Positions 1 to 8,586 of a DNA stretch of 64,000 bases are shown here, in pieces. Made by a program: the position numbers and the translations under genes. The number at the start of each line of letters is the position of its first letter. Within the stretch, counting starts at the first letter, position 1. Under the pieces are notes generated by a model. That model ran no database searches. It was given only the letters and a program-made list of their open reading frames with translations, and was not told the origin of the DNA. The DNA is from Escherichia virus TH10: the sequence record MT446388.1; one strand, written 5' to 3'.

Positions 1-144
1 CCCCTCTTACTCCCCCTCTCCCCAAAAGTCAAGAGAAAAATTTGTAGAGGATTGAAAAATAATTCTTGATTTGTGTTCTGTTTTGTGGTAGTCGTGTGCG
101 CCCGTTTCATTACAGTTTTGCCAAAAATATTTTTAAAATTTTTC

Positions 145-173
145 TTGACTCTTTGAACGTGGTTATCTAGTAT
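145..173 (+). promoter_or_regulatory. sigma70-like promoter (TTGACT-17-TAGTAT)
   Basis: -35/-10 hexamers with 17-bp spacer, A/T-rich upstream; precedes first leader cassette. Confidence 0.5.
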
Positions 174-183
174 TTGCATCAAC

Positions 184-204
184 GGGGAGGGAATGACCTT
201 CCCC
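184..204 (+). promoter_or_regulatory. leader stem-loop, family A (GGGGAGG..CCTTCCC)
   Basis: 7-bp stem with one G-U, 6-nt loop, followed by conserved ACTAAA..CCTAAACTGGAGATTCAAAA-ATG. Confidence 0.5.
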
Positions 205-236
205 ACTAAACAAAGTCCTAAACTGGAGATTCAAAA

Positions 237-620
237 ATGGCATACCGTGCACCTAAATTCGTGAACAAAGACAACTTTCGCAACGCACTGGAGAAGTCAC
301 TTGATGAGAATTTTAAAGGTAACGTTATTGTTATTCACTCATTTAATTTCAAGTACGATATCAACGGGAATAAAATCAACCATTACACAGCTACAATGCT
401 AGATGGTACTCTTTCAAGTGAAAAATCCATTCTCCATACACTTGCAGGACGTGGAAAAAACCTGATAAGATGTGACAAGAGACGTTATCAGGGTGGCGCA
501 TACGGTTACGATGATGCTATTTATCATCTTGAAAATATGGGCTATCAAGTAGAAAAAGCTGGAGCGTCTCAAATAATCGGTAGTGATGGTTACGTAACTA
601 TCTTCAAAATTAACAAATAA
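237..620 (+). CDS. hypothetical early protein (127 aa)
   Basis: ORF with GGAG RBS 9 nt upstream, preceded by leader cassette. Confidence 0.6.
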   Translation: MAYRAPKFVNKDNFRNALEKSLDENFKGNVIVIHSFNFKYDINGNKINHYTATMLDGTLSSEKSILHTLAGRGKNLIRCDKRRYQGGAYGYDDAIYHLENMGYQVEKAGASQIIGSDGYVTIFKINK

Positions 621-632
621 AGTACTTTACAA

Positions 633-661
633 GGGGCTTATAGTCCGATAAAGTAAGCCCC
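633..661 (+). promoter_or_regulatory. leader stem-loop, family B (GGGGCTTA..TAAGCCCC)
   Basis: perfect 8-bp inverted repeat, variable loop, followed by conserved AGATAAAGA..CTTTACCACTAAATCCTAAA-TGGAGA-ATG. Confidence 0.5.
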
Positions 662-706
662 AGATAAAGAACTTTACCACTAAATCCTAAATTGGAGAAC
701 TTAAAA

Positions 707-964
707 ATGGCTATTATCAAAAACGTTGTAATTACTGTAAAAACTCGTGATGACGCTCGTATCATGGCTAAAAAGTTATGCGGGAAAGTGGTTGACAACG
801 GAAAACAATCTGCTGTAAGGTGGGGCGTGAAGGTTGATAAACAACTAACCTTAAAACGCAGTTCAAACAACCTTTTTAAAGGTGTAAAATCACTCGGTAA
901 AGTGAACGTCTTTACCAAAAAAGGCTATAAAATGCACTTATCATTAACTGGCAATTTAATCTGA
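707..964 (+). CDS. hypothetical early protein (85 aa)
   Basis: ORF track 692..964 begins at TTG; first ATG at 707 is 8 nt after GGAG. Confidence 0.55.
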   Translation: MAIIKNVVITVKTRDDARIMAKKLCGKVVDNGKQSAVRWGVKVDKQLTLKRSSNNLFKGVKSLGKVNVFTKKGYKMHLSLTGNLI

Positions 965-978
965 TAAAGTACTTTACA

Positions 979-1008
979 GGGGGCTTAAAAGCTGATACCT
1001 TAAGCCCC
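979..1008 (+). promoter_or_regulatory. leader stem-loop, family B
   Basis: GGGGGCTTAA..TTAAGCCCC inverted repeat, same flanks as 633-661. Confidence 0.5.
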
Positions 1009-1052
1009 AGATAAAGAGCTTTACCACTAAATCCTAAACTGGAGATTCAAAA

Positions 1053-1265
1053 ATGAACATTAATCAAAAACTGAAAACCGCCTCACAAGTCCTGTTCACA
1101 GATGATGACTATTTCAATAAAGACCTTACAGGTTTGAAATCTCTCAAAGAGATTAAAGAGCGCATGAAAATTTATGGAAAACCTCGGTTAGTTGGTGTAT
1201 TCTCTAACTGTTATGTTTATCAGCTTAATGGTCATTACAATTTTACGATTACTATTTTATCCTAA
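1053..1265 (+). CDS. hypothetical early protein (70 aa)
   Basis: ORF after family B cassette with GGAG RBS. Confidence 0.55.
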   Translation: MNINQKLKTASQVLFTDDDYFNKDLTGLKSLKEIKERMKIYGKPRLVGVFSNCYVYQLNGHYNFTITILS

Positions 1266-1280
1266 ACTGGAGATTCAAAA

Positions 1281-1577
1281 ATGAAATTATCAAATAAAGT
1301 TCGTGAAAATCTAAGCAAGTTACTCAACAAAATTGATTTCATTGAAACATCAAGAAACAGCCATGATGTTATGGAATGGTTACACGGCAAAATAAAAGGT
1401 CGTCGTGTAGTGATTTGCTTATGGAATAGTTGCATGGGGTATAAAAAACCTGTATTGCAAGTTAATATCTATGATGATACTCTTAAAAGTCCTGTCAAAG
1501 CTAAAAGCGATTTACTAGATTCTTATGAGATAACTGTAAATGGCAAAGTGTCACGTAAAGAGGAAGCACCATGTTAA
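1281..1577 (+). CDS. hypothetical early protein (98 aa)
   Basis: ORF preceded by the conserved CCTAAACTGGAGATTCAAAA initiation region (no hairpin). Confidence 0.55.
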   Translation: MKLSNKVRENLSKLLNKIDFIETSRNSHDVMEWLHGKIKGRRVVICLWNSCMGYKKPVLQVNIYDDTLKSPVKAKSDLLDSYEITVNGKVSRKEEAPC

Positions 1578-1903
1578 TGATGGCCATAACTGCAATCATC
1601 GCTATTCTGGCGCTCTATAAGGCTTATAGCGCCTATAATCTGGCAAGTAAGGCAATCACACAACAGGTTAGTAATAGCCTTGTAATGAGCTTTCTAGAGC
1701 GTTTAAGTGATGAACAATTAAAACGGTTAGAGATGAGTTTCAGATTCAGGGCAAGAACTTATCAAATCAGTGACATTTTCAAAGATGATTTTCAATTAGT
1801 CGATGATTATAATTCTCTGACAAATGCTTTAAATATTAGTGACTTAAAAGACTATTACGCTGTAATTGTTCAAGAATTGAGCAAACGAAAACAAAACTGT
1901 TGA
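1571..1903 (+). CDS. hypothetical membrane protein (110 aa)
   Basis: hydrophobic N-terminus (MLMMAITAIIAILALY); start overlaps upstream stop. Confidence 0.55.
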   Translation: MLMMAITAIIAILALYKAYSAYNLASKAITQQVSNSLVMSFLERLSDEQLKRLEMSFRFRARTYQISDIFKDDFQLVDDYNSLTNALNISDLKDYYAVIVQELSKRKQNC

Positions 1904-1928
1904 CACTGATTTTTAGATAGATTAAATT
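1900..1928 (+). promoter_or_regulatory. sigma70-like promoter (TTGACA-17-TAAATT)
   Basis: near-identical about 95-bp promoter+leader copy also at 2766-2857. Confidence 0.5.
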
Positions 1929-1937
1929 ACTCATCAA

Positions 1938-1957
1938 CGGGGAGGCAATAACCTCCC
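1938..1957 (+). promoter_or_regulatory. leader stem-loop, family A
   Basis: GGGAGG..CCTCCC; compensatory change relative to the other copies. Confidence 0.5.
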
Positions 1958-1993
1958 TACTAAATAAAGTCCTTAAACTAGGAGATTCTAAAA

Positions 1994-2266
1994 ATGTACA
2001 CTACTAACAACGGTCGCACCTTAAACGTAACCCTACGCCACTATGTGAACGGTGTAATGCACTTCGAGGATTTACAAGCTGAACAGCACATTTTGGATTG
2101 GCAACTAGCAGGACTCCAAAAAACTGCTACCGGATACGGCAAAAAGATTCCAACTAGCTGGAAAGTACACTATGAAGGACGTTTGCGCAGAATTTACCAA
2201 GATGTATGCAGCAATAGCGCATCTAGTTACATCATAGTAAAAGGTAAAAAGCTGCATTTAGTATAA
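1994..2266 (+). CDS. hypothetical early protein (90 aa)
   Basis: ORF after promoter+leader cassette. Confidence 0.55.
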   Translation: MYTTNNGRTLNVTLRHYVNGVMHFEDLQAEQHILDWQLAGLQKTATGYGKKIPTSWKVHYEGRLRRIYQDVCSNSASSYIIVKGKKLHLV

Positions 2267-2278
2267 AGTACTTTACAA

Positions 2279-2307
2279 GGGGCTTATAAGTCTGTACAGT
2301 AAGCCCC
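2279..2307 (+). promoter_or_regulatory. leader stem-loop, family B
   Basis: GGGGCTTA..TAAGCCCC inverted repeat. Confidence 0.5.
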
Positions 2308-2352
2308 AGATAAAGAGCTTTACCACTAAATCCTAAATTGGAGAACTTAAAA

Positions 2353-2757
2353 ATGGCTATTAATAACCGTGAGTTATCAATCTTAAAAGCACGTTTGACC
2401 GTTAACCGGATTAATGTTATCACGTCATCAGCACCAGATGAAACACTGCAAAATATTATTGGGAAGATTCAAAGTGTTATCTTAGACGTTGAAAGCGTAA
2501 AAAACTCATTGGCTGACGTTGCAGCAGGTATCACGCTAGACGGTGCACAACATGAGATGTCCGACATGTTAGGTAAATCTAAGGTAATGAATAAAGAGTT
2601 AGACTTGAAAATGTTTAGATTTGCCGTGAAAGTATGGCTATCTGTCGAGTATGACGCTAATTTTGCAATCGCTGATTTCTTTGCCACTTGGTTGCAACGT
2701 AATTTGGCAAGTCATGACTTCCGTGACATCTGTGATGCAATTTACGCAGAACTCTAA
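2353..2757 (+). CDS. hypothetical early protein (134 aa)
   Basis: ORF track starts at TTG 2338; ATG at 2353 follows GGAG. Confidence 0.55.
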   Translation: MAINNRELSILKARLTVNRINVITSSAPDETLQNIIGKIQSVILDVESVKNSLADVAAGITLDGAQHEMSDMLGKSKVMNKELDLKMFRFAVKVWLSVEYDANFAIADFFATWLQRNLASHDFRDICDAIYAEL

Positions 2758-2765
2758 AAATTTTA

Positions 2766-2794
2766 TTGACACTGATTTTTAGATAGATTAAATT
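2766..2794 (+). promoter_or_regulatory. sigma70-like promoter (TTGACA-17-TAAATT)
   Basis: duplicate of 1900-1928. Confidence 0.5.
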
Positions 2795-2804
2795 ACTCAT
2801 CAAC

Positions 2805-2824
2805 GGGGAGGGAATAACCTTCCC
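2805..2824 (+). promoter_or_regulatory. leader stem-loop, family A
   Basis: GGGGAGG..CCTTCCC hairpin. Confidence 0.5.
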
Positions 2825-2857
2825 ACTAAATAAAGTCCTTAAACTAGGAGATTCAAA

Positions 2858-3106
2858 ATGATGAATTTTTTAAATATCCCTGATACTTGCCGACTGTTGA
2901 CGCAACCAGAAAATTTAGGCAAACCTTTCCTGTACCATATGCCAGACAATACACCAAAAACATATAGTTACACGGTTAACCGCTTTACGGGTTACGCTGC
3001 AAAAAACGGTTACAAGGTTACTACTCAAAAAGTAACACTATTTACAAATATCGAAGAGCTTCCAACAGTCGCAGTAAAACTAATATTTACGAAGAAGACG
3101 CAATAA
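2858..3106 (+). CDS. hypothetical early protein (82 aa)
   Basis: ORF after cassette. Confidence 0.55.
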   Translation: MMNFLNIPDTCRLLTQPENLGKPFLYHMPDNTPKTYSYTVNRFTGYAAKNGYKVTTQKVTLFTNIEELPTVAVKLIFTKKTQ

Positions 3107-3117
3107 AGTACTTTACA

Positions 3118-3147
3118 GGGGGCTTAAAAGCTGATACCTTAAGCCCC
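3118..3147 (+). promoter_or_regulatory. leader stem-loop, family B
   Basis: same hairpin sequence as 979-1008. Confidence 0.5.
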
Positions 3148-3191
3148 AGATAAAGAGCTTTACCACTAAATCCTAAACTGGAGATTCAAAA

Positions 3192-3734
3192 ATGAAATGT
3201 TTTCACGGTACTACTCAAGAAAATTTCATCAACCTGATTAATAACGGTGATAAACCATCAGGCGCATGGAATTGTTCGGATATGGATGGCAATTTTTACG
3301 TGTATCCAGAAAATAAAATCTATGGCGACGATGATGAAGAGATAACATCGGAAGGTATTCAGCAAGCTCTAGGCAATGCCACTATTACGGCGGCCTTCCA
3401 GATGAAAACCCAAAATATTGTTATCTTAGAACTCGATATTCCAGAGGATGAGCTAAATGATGATTATTCTTGTGATAATATGTCGAGTGTAGCAAGTTTT
3501 ACAGAGTACTTTGATGTAAATTGGATTAAAAAGGTCTATACAACAGAGTTTAACGCTATGTATTCGCCTTTTTGTCTTCCTTCATTGGATAACCCAAATT
3601 TAAACTATCTTGATGAGTCTCTGGAGCTTCTTGCTAAAAGTGTTCAACAGTCGGACAGTATTCAGGTTTTTTGTGACATCATGGATACACTGACAGGAAA
3701 CATTGCAGAAGAGGATTTAAAGAGCTTTTTCTAA
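3192..3734 (+). CDS. hypothetical strongly acidic protein (180 aa)
   Basis: Asp/Glu-rich translation (DDDEE, EDELNDDY, EEDLKS); early-region location. Confidence 0.6.
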   Translation: MKCFHGTTQENFINLINNGDKPSGAWNCSDMDGNFYVYPENKIYGDDDEEITSEGIQQALGNATITAAFQMKTQNIVILELDIPEDELNDDYSCDNMSSVASFTEYFDVNWIKKVYTTEFNAMYSPFCLPSLDNPNLNYLDESLELLAKSVQQSDSIQVFCDIMDTLTGNIAEEDLKSFF

Positions 3735-3766
3735 AAACCTATGCAATCACCTTATAAACACTAATC

Positions 3767-3786
3767 AGCCCCTTGTAGGGGCTTTT
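3767..3786 (+). terminator. terminator-like hairpin
   Basis: AGCCCCT-TGT-AGGGGCT followed by TTTTAG. Confidence 0.4.
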
Positions 3787-3800
3787 AGAGGGCTTAAATC

Positions 3801-4034
3801 ATGCTTACAACCATTTACCTCATCCTTTCCATCTGTAATGGCCATTCATGTGACTTTAAAGGGCTTGAAGAGTTTACAGGAAGTAAAGAAAATGCTATTC
3901 AAGTTTGCCAGATAGCAAGGAAAGACTATCCCGCTAGTGATGATATACAATGTTACTTTAAGACAGAAGATGACGACGGAATCTATTTCGACAGTGTTGA
4001 CGGTCAATATGAAATTGTCATTGAAAAAGACTAG
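3801..4034 (+). CDS. hypothetical small protein with hydrophobic N-terminus (77 aa)
   Basis: ORF; N-terminal MLTTIYLILSIC. Confidence 0.5.
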   Translation: MLTTIYLILSICNGHSCDFKGLEEFTGSKENAIQVCQIARKDYPASDDIQCYFKTEDDDGIYFDSVDGQYEIVIEKD

Positions 4035-4070
4035 ACAAGCCCGATAAAAGTCTGTAAATTGTCAATCAAC

Positions 4071-4091
4071 GGGGAGGGAATGACCTTCCCC
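4071..4091 (+). promoter_or_regulatory. leader stem-loop, family A
   Basis: about 80-bp element 4046-4126 repeated at 5200-5282. Confidence 0.5.
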
Positions 4092-4126
4092 ACTAAGTAA
4101 AGTCCTTAAACTAGGAGATTCAAAAA

Positions 4127-4468
4127 ATGGCTTATGTAACCGTAATTACCGATAAAGCTGGCGCATCTTGGTCAACTCAGGTTAGTGATAAGATGTCACC
4201 TATGCAGTGCCTAAAATACTTTGAACAGTGGAACAAAGGCGAGGACACAAGCCCCTTTCAAGTGATGCAGATTATCCATGTAGACAACGAAGGAAATAAA
4301 ACGACGCTGAATAGTGAGTACTATGCAAGCCGTTTTGAAACGAGAAGTAAAACAATGAAACTTTTACGTGAATCCGGTTATGCCCATATCGCCGCGTTAA
4401 TCTGGGATGACCTGCTAAAAAGTCAGCGTATCAGCTATGTAAAACCTGAAAAAATATTCATCAGTTAA
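4127..4468 (+). CDS. hypothetical early protein (113 aa)
   Basis: ORF after cassette. Confidence 0.55.
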   Translation: MAYVTVITDKAGASWSTQVSDKMSPMQCLKYFEQWNKGEDTSPFQVMQIIHVDNEGNKTTLNSEYYASRFETRSKTMKLLRESGYAHIAALIWDDLLKSQRISYVKPEKIFIS

Positions 4469-4635
4469 TCAATAACTTACAAAAAACTTTTAAAAAGTGT
4501 TGACAATACCCCTTGACATTGGTAACTTTGTTCGAGGGGGTTTATCTAAAAGGGATTAACTTAAAAGATTCTTTATAGATAAGCTTAAAAAATTGCTTGC
4601 AATCAGCTATCAAAACAAGTAAATTACTAATCAAC

Positions 4636-4653
4636 GGGAGGGATGACCTCCCC
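4636..4653 (+). promoter_or_regulatory. leader stem-loop, family A variant
   Basis: GGGAGGG-ATGA-CCTCCCC; upstream TTGCAA..TAAATT promoter-like hexamers. Confidence 0.45.
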
Positions 4654-4685
4654 ACTAAATAAAGTCCTAAACTGGAGATTCTAAA

Positions 4686-5216
4686 ATGAACAAATTTCAA
4701 GCTATCAACTTCATTCGTTCAAATGCTGTAATGTCTAAGCCTGTAAAAGATACATACGAATTTCGTTGTAATGGGGTACATTTCGCAACAATCACCAAAT
4801 CAGAAAACGGGGCTTATTACGTTCATCGTCGTAATGTCTCAACCGTTGTAGTCTCTCACTTTATGCAAGCTGTAGCGGAATTATTACCGTTATTCTTAGA
4901 GATTTATCTAGATGAGTGTAAAAACGTTCACAACCACGTTAAAAGCCTTTTAAACGGTTATAAAATGGCTTATGAACGTTCTATCAAGTCACTAAACAAG
5001 TTTTACAATGCACCTGCAAATACTGTTTCAATGGCTTATGATGTAAACGGTGAGTTAGCTAGCCTCTTTAAAGTGGAAGAAATTAAACTGTATAATTTAC
5101 GTCCTAGTGGTTACTCTAAGACTCTTGGTGAAGGTTTAACGTTCAATATCAAGAACTTAGAAAAAACTTTAAAAGATATTGAAAAAGATATTGACGAGAC
5201 AATCAAAAGTCTGTAA
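4686..5216 (+). CDS. hypothetical early protein (176 aa)
   Basis: ORF after cassette. Confidence 0.6.
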   Translation: MNKFQAINFIRSNAVMSKPVKDTYEFRCNGVHFATITKSENGAYYVHRRNVSTVVVSHFMQAVAELLPLFLEIYLDECKNVHNHVKSLLNGYKMAYERSIKSLNKFYNAPANTVSMAYDVNGELASLFKVEEIKLYNLRPSGYSKTLGEGLTFNIKNLEKTLKDIEKDIDETIKSL

Positions 5217-5229
5217 ATTGTCAATCAAC

Positions 5230-5250
5230 GGGGAGGGAATGACCTTCCCC
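5230..5250 (+). promoter_or_regulatory. leader stem-loop, family A
   Basis: GGGGAGG..CCTTCCC. Confidence 0.5.
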
Positions 5251-5282
5251 ACTAAATAAAATCCTAAACTGGAGTTATCAAG

Positions 5283-5546
5283 ATGGAAAACGTAGAATTA
5301 ACCACACTTTTACAAATTGCAACCGACAAAGAAGATGTAGCATTATTTCACCGTATCGAAAGTGATTTGTTCAATGGTGAAATCATCAAAGAATCTTACG
5401 AAGTTGTCGGATTCAAAGATGGTAAAGCGTTTGGCTTTTTTGACCTCGATAAAGGCAACGCTGTTACAAAGTATGATGTTGTATCTTGTGAGATTCTTAC
5501 AAAATACAACGAAAAAAGGCTTGCAACATACGCCAATATGCAGTAA
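5283..5546 (+). CDS. hypothetical early protein (87 aa)
   Basis: ORF after cassette. Confidence 0.55.
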   Translation: MENVELTTLLQIATDKEDVALFHRIESDLFNGEIIKESYEVVGFKDGKAFGFFDLDKGNAVTKYDVVSCEILTKYNEKRLATYANMQ

Positions 5547-5559
5547 ATTACTAATCAAC

Positions 5560-5576
5560 GGGGATGACCTCCCCCC
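5560..5576 (+). promoter_or_regulatory. leader stem-loop, family A variant
   Basis: GGGG-ATGA-CCTCCCC. Confidence 0.45.
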
Positions 5577-5610
5577 ACTAAGTAAAGTCCTAAACTGGAG
5601 AATCTAAATT

Positions 5611-5859
5611 ATGTCAACTATCCGCGTAACTGTTAATGCTTATGGCTGCCACGAACTTGATGCAAAATTCGATATCGGTGGAACAGATAACACCTTTGAC
5701 CTTATCAAAATGCTGATTCAGCAGGTGCTACCAGATTATAACCCTACCGATGACTTTTGGAAGGACGCTGTAAAAGAAGCCATAAACGAGGAATATCACT
5801 ACCACTACTGGGGAGAAAAAATCGTCTCCCTATACTACAGCAAACAAGGTTACAACTAA
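5611..5859 (+). CDS. hypothetical early protein (82 aa)
   Basis: ORF after cassette; last + strand gene before the non-coding region. Confidence 0.55.
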   Translation: MSTIRVTVNAYGCHELDAKFDIGGTDNTFDLIKMLIQQVLPDYNPTDDFWKDAVKEAINEEYHYHYWGEKIVSLYYSKQGYN

Positions 5860-5894
5860 TCGACGCAACGGGGCTATTTAGCCCCAGATACCTG

Positions 5895-5922
5895 AAAAGC
5901 TCCTTCTCATAGGGGCTTTTTT
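5895..5922 (+). terminator. rho-independent terminator
   Basis: AAAGCTCC..GGGGCTTTT hairpin followed by T-run; preceded by GGGGCT-ATTT-AGCCCC hairpin at 5870-5885. Confidence 0.6.
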
Positions 5923-5929
5923 ACGTCTA

Positions 5930-7520
5930 TCCAATCCCTTCCCAGAATCTTCCCAGACTCCCCTAACAAGTTAGAATCTTACCAGACCTTAAAAGCAATA
6001 ACTCTATAGTCTACTCTATATCTTCTTATCAAATCAACTTAAATATAAGCCCATAACCCGAAAGGGAAGGGCAACCACTAAAACGCTCTATAAAGCTCTA
6101 TAACAGCCTTATCAACCTAACTTAAGCAATCATATTAACCTGCTCTAAAAAGCCCTTTATAAAGCTTCCTAGAACCTTAAAAGAATCTTATAAGGGTGTA
6201 AGCTTTATTATCTCGTTAGCTATCTTGTGAACTACTAAACAAGCCCCTTGATAGTAACTGAAAAGTATGTTATAGGGGCTATAAAGTTACTTCAAAGTTG
6301 CTTAAAAGTTACGTAAATGCTAGCCCCCTTAACATTTTCTTAACAATTTCTTAACAATCCCTACATAGTTATGCTTTTAAGGCACTTGTTAGAGACTTGT
6401 TAGCCCCTTGTTAAATCTCTGTTAAGACCACGTAAAAACCTTGTAAGAACCTTTGACATAGCCTTTAAAGCCCCTGTAAAGCCCTATAAAGAGGTATCTG
6501 TATAGTTGGGGTGTAATTACTAGGAAGAGGCTTAAAAGAGCTTACAAGGAGCTATAGAGAGCTTTTAAGAGGTATGTTTAAAGAATCACTAAGAGGGGAA
6601 GGGAACGATAAGAGAAGAGTAGTGACCATGTTAATAGCTTGTTAAAAAGATTAAACACTTGTTAGAAACTTGTTAATCATCTTAATTGGTATTGTTACCA
6701 ATCCCTACAAAATAACTCTTAAAAATTAACTTGTTAGCTCTTGTTAGTCATCTGTTAAGAGACTATAAAGACCATGTATCGTCTGTTAAGAAACTGTTAA
6801 GCCCTTGTTAGTTCTGTTAAGAATCTGTTAAGACCTTTGAAGAGTTGTTAAGAAGATGTGAGAACTGTTAAGAGATTGTTAAGGATATTTTAAAATTTTG
6901 CAAAGGGGATGTTACAGGGATGTTAAGGGCTACCAAGCAGATATACATCTTCTACAGATATTTTTCAGTTCCTTCAAAGACCCTAAAAAATGACTTGATA
7001 GTCCTATTTTATAAAAATTTTAAAAATCTGAATAATTACCTATACAGTCTTTCTAAAATACAGGTAGAAACAGGCTTATAAGATACCTTGTTAGTACCGT
7101 GTTAGACCTTGTGAGATAAGGTCTGTAAAGATATTCCTGTTAAGTTTGTTAAAACAGTCTATATAGAGGCTTAGTAATACCTAGTGAACACCTATAGAGT
7201 GTCATCTATGTGACATAGAGATTAAGAGGTGTATAGGAGCTTCTAAGAGGGTATAGAGAGATGGTTAAGGTGATTGTATAGGTTGTTAAGAAGGCTTGTT
7301 AGAAGAGTGTTTAGAAGGCTATTTAGAAGGGCTATACAGAGGGGCTATTAAGACCACTAGATAGTTACTAAGATACTATATAGTACTATATAACTATATA
7401 GAGAGTAAGATTAAGAAGGTTGTTAAGAAGGATAGATATTTTATTCACATATGATGGTGACCCAGAGGTTGGGACAACCGATAAAATTTTATAAAAAATA
7501 TAAATTTCGTAAATTTTACT
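5930..7520. repeat. ORF-free iteron-rich region
   Basis: no ORF of 60 aa or more in any frame; at least 25 copies of (C/T)TGTTA(A)G in mostly one orientation, often about 11 bp apart (densest 6650-6900), plus CTATA(A/G)AG family. Confidence 0.8.
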
Positions 7521-7524
7521 CAAT

Positions 7525-7548
7525 AAAAAGCCCCCAATTAAGGAGGCT
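7525..7548 (-). terminator. rho-independent terminator (minus strand)
   Basis: reverse complement GAGCCTCC-TTAATT-GGGGGCT followed by TTTTT; near-identical element in + orientation at 60090-60113. Confidence 0.6.
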
Positions 7549-7559
7549 CTTAAGATATT

Positions 7560-8153
7560 TTAAATCAGTGTTTCCAGAACTGTTTTTAGTGATGACTTGG
7601 TTGTCTGATAAAAATGAGTAAAGCCATTGTTGTTATCAAATACCTGCATCATGATATCATCTCCCTTGATTGGGTACACTCGGATATCATAGTGAAAACC
7701 ATTAAAGACACAAGAGCCATTACAGAATGCACTAAAGTCATCAACTGAGATATACTCTTCATGTCCTGTGATTTTTATACAAACACCTTTACTCGGTCTC
7801 TTAGGGTTGATATCTTCCATCACAGACATATTCTGCCCACCAAGAGATACCATAGTGACCACTTTACGGTTCTTCTGCCTAAAGTACATCTTAACTTTCT
7901 GTAAAGTGTCTTCATAGAACGGATAAGACCTTTCTACAAAGATTCCTTCAAGTGGCTCTTTACCATTTTCAACCTCTCTGTTATGCCGTACTGCAAAGAT
8001 AATTTGTTCGAACCAGTCAAGATTTTCTTCGGAGAGTGCTTCCCGAACATCCTTCCAGTCAAGTACTAAGTAGTTACCTTCAACTTCTTTTAAGTTATCT
8101 TTTTCCATATCTATCACACCATTATCGTAAAACTTGGTAGGCTGGTACTGCAA
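7560..8153 (-). CDS. hypothetical protein (197 aa)
   Basis: ORF; start may be internal Met at 8108. Confidence 0.55.
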   Translation of the reverse strand: MQYQPTKFYDNGVIDMEKDNLKEVEGNYLVLDWKDVREALSEENLDWFEQIIFAVRHNREVENGKEPLEGIFVERSYPFYEDTLQKVKMYFRQKNRKVVTMVSLGGQNMSVMEDINPKRPSKGVCIKITGHEEYISVDDFSAFCNGSCVFNGFHYDIRVYPIKGDDIMMQVFDNNNGFTHFYQTTKSSLKTVLETLI

Positions 8154-8586
8154 ACTTGTTGCTGTTGTTCTTAATAAGGTCTTCTTCTGTTACTAAGAAT
8201 GTAATCCCACATAAGTGCGTATAGTGGCTGTCATACTCAAATATTTTAAGTAGGTATTTACCATCATGGTAGACAGATTCTACTACACCTTTTGCAACAA
8301 TCTTTCCAGTCTTGAAGTCTTTAAGACGGTACACATTACCAACTTTAGGGACTGTTTTCACTTCAGGTTCTTTTAGCTTTTCGCCAGCTTCTACATCACC
8401 TAGCAAGTGAGAACTTTCAAACGCTACATATTGCATATAAGCTTCTGAGCATTCCCAGATAAAACAATGTACAAGAACCTTAGCAGCATGTCTTGAGCAA
8501 TTCAACTTATCACAAATTTCTGTGTACATCTCATCTTTAGTTGAGTTGTTAAGCATTGCTTTTTGAACTACTTCTTTAATTTTCAT
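8122..8586 (-). CDS. hypothetical protein (154 aa)
   Basis: ORF in co-directional block. Confidence 0.55.
   Translation of the reverse strand: MKIKEVVQKAMLNNSTKDEMYTEICDKLNCSRHAAKVLVHCFIWECSEAYMQYVAFESSHLLGDVEAGEKLKEPEVKTVPKVGNVYRLKDFKTGKIVAKGVVESVYHDGKYLLKIFEYDSHYTHLCGITFLVTEEDLIKNNSNKFAVPAYQVLR

Noticed and set aside
610-2423. Minus-strand ORFs 610..918 and 2232..2423 in the early region
   Set aside because: Both are reverse-complement readings of the repeated leader cassettes (shared ..IAIFKFSNLGFSGK.LYLGLT.. translation), so they are repeat artefacts.
5343-5607. Overlapping ORFs 5343..5558 (minus) and 5362..5607 (plus)
   Set aside because: They overlap the cassette-preceded gene 5283..5546 and the leader of 5611..5859, with no RBS.
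5930-7520. CRISPR array as explanation for the repeated motifs
   Set aside because: Repeat units are only 7-9 bp, irregularly spaced and of mixed families; there is no direct repeat of 24-40 bp with unique spacers.
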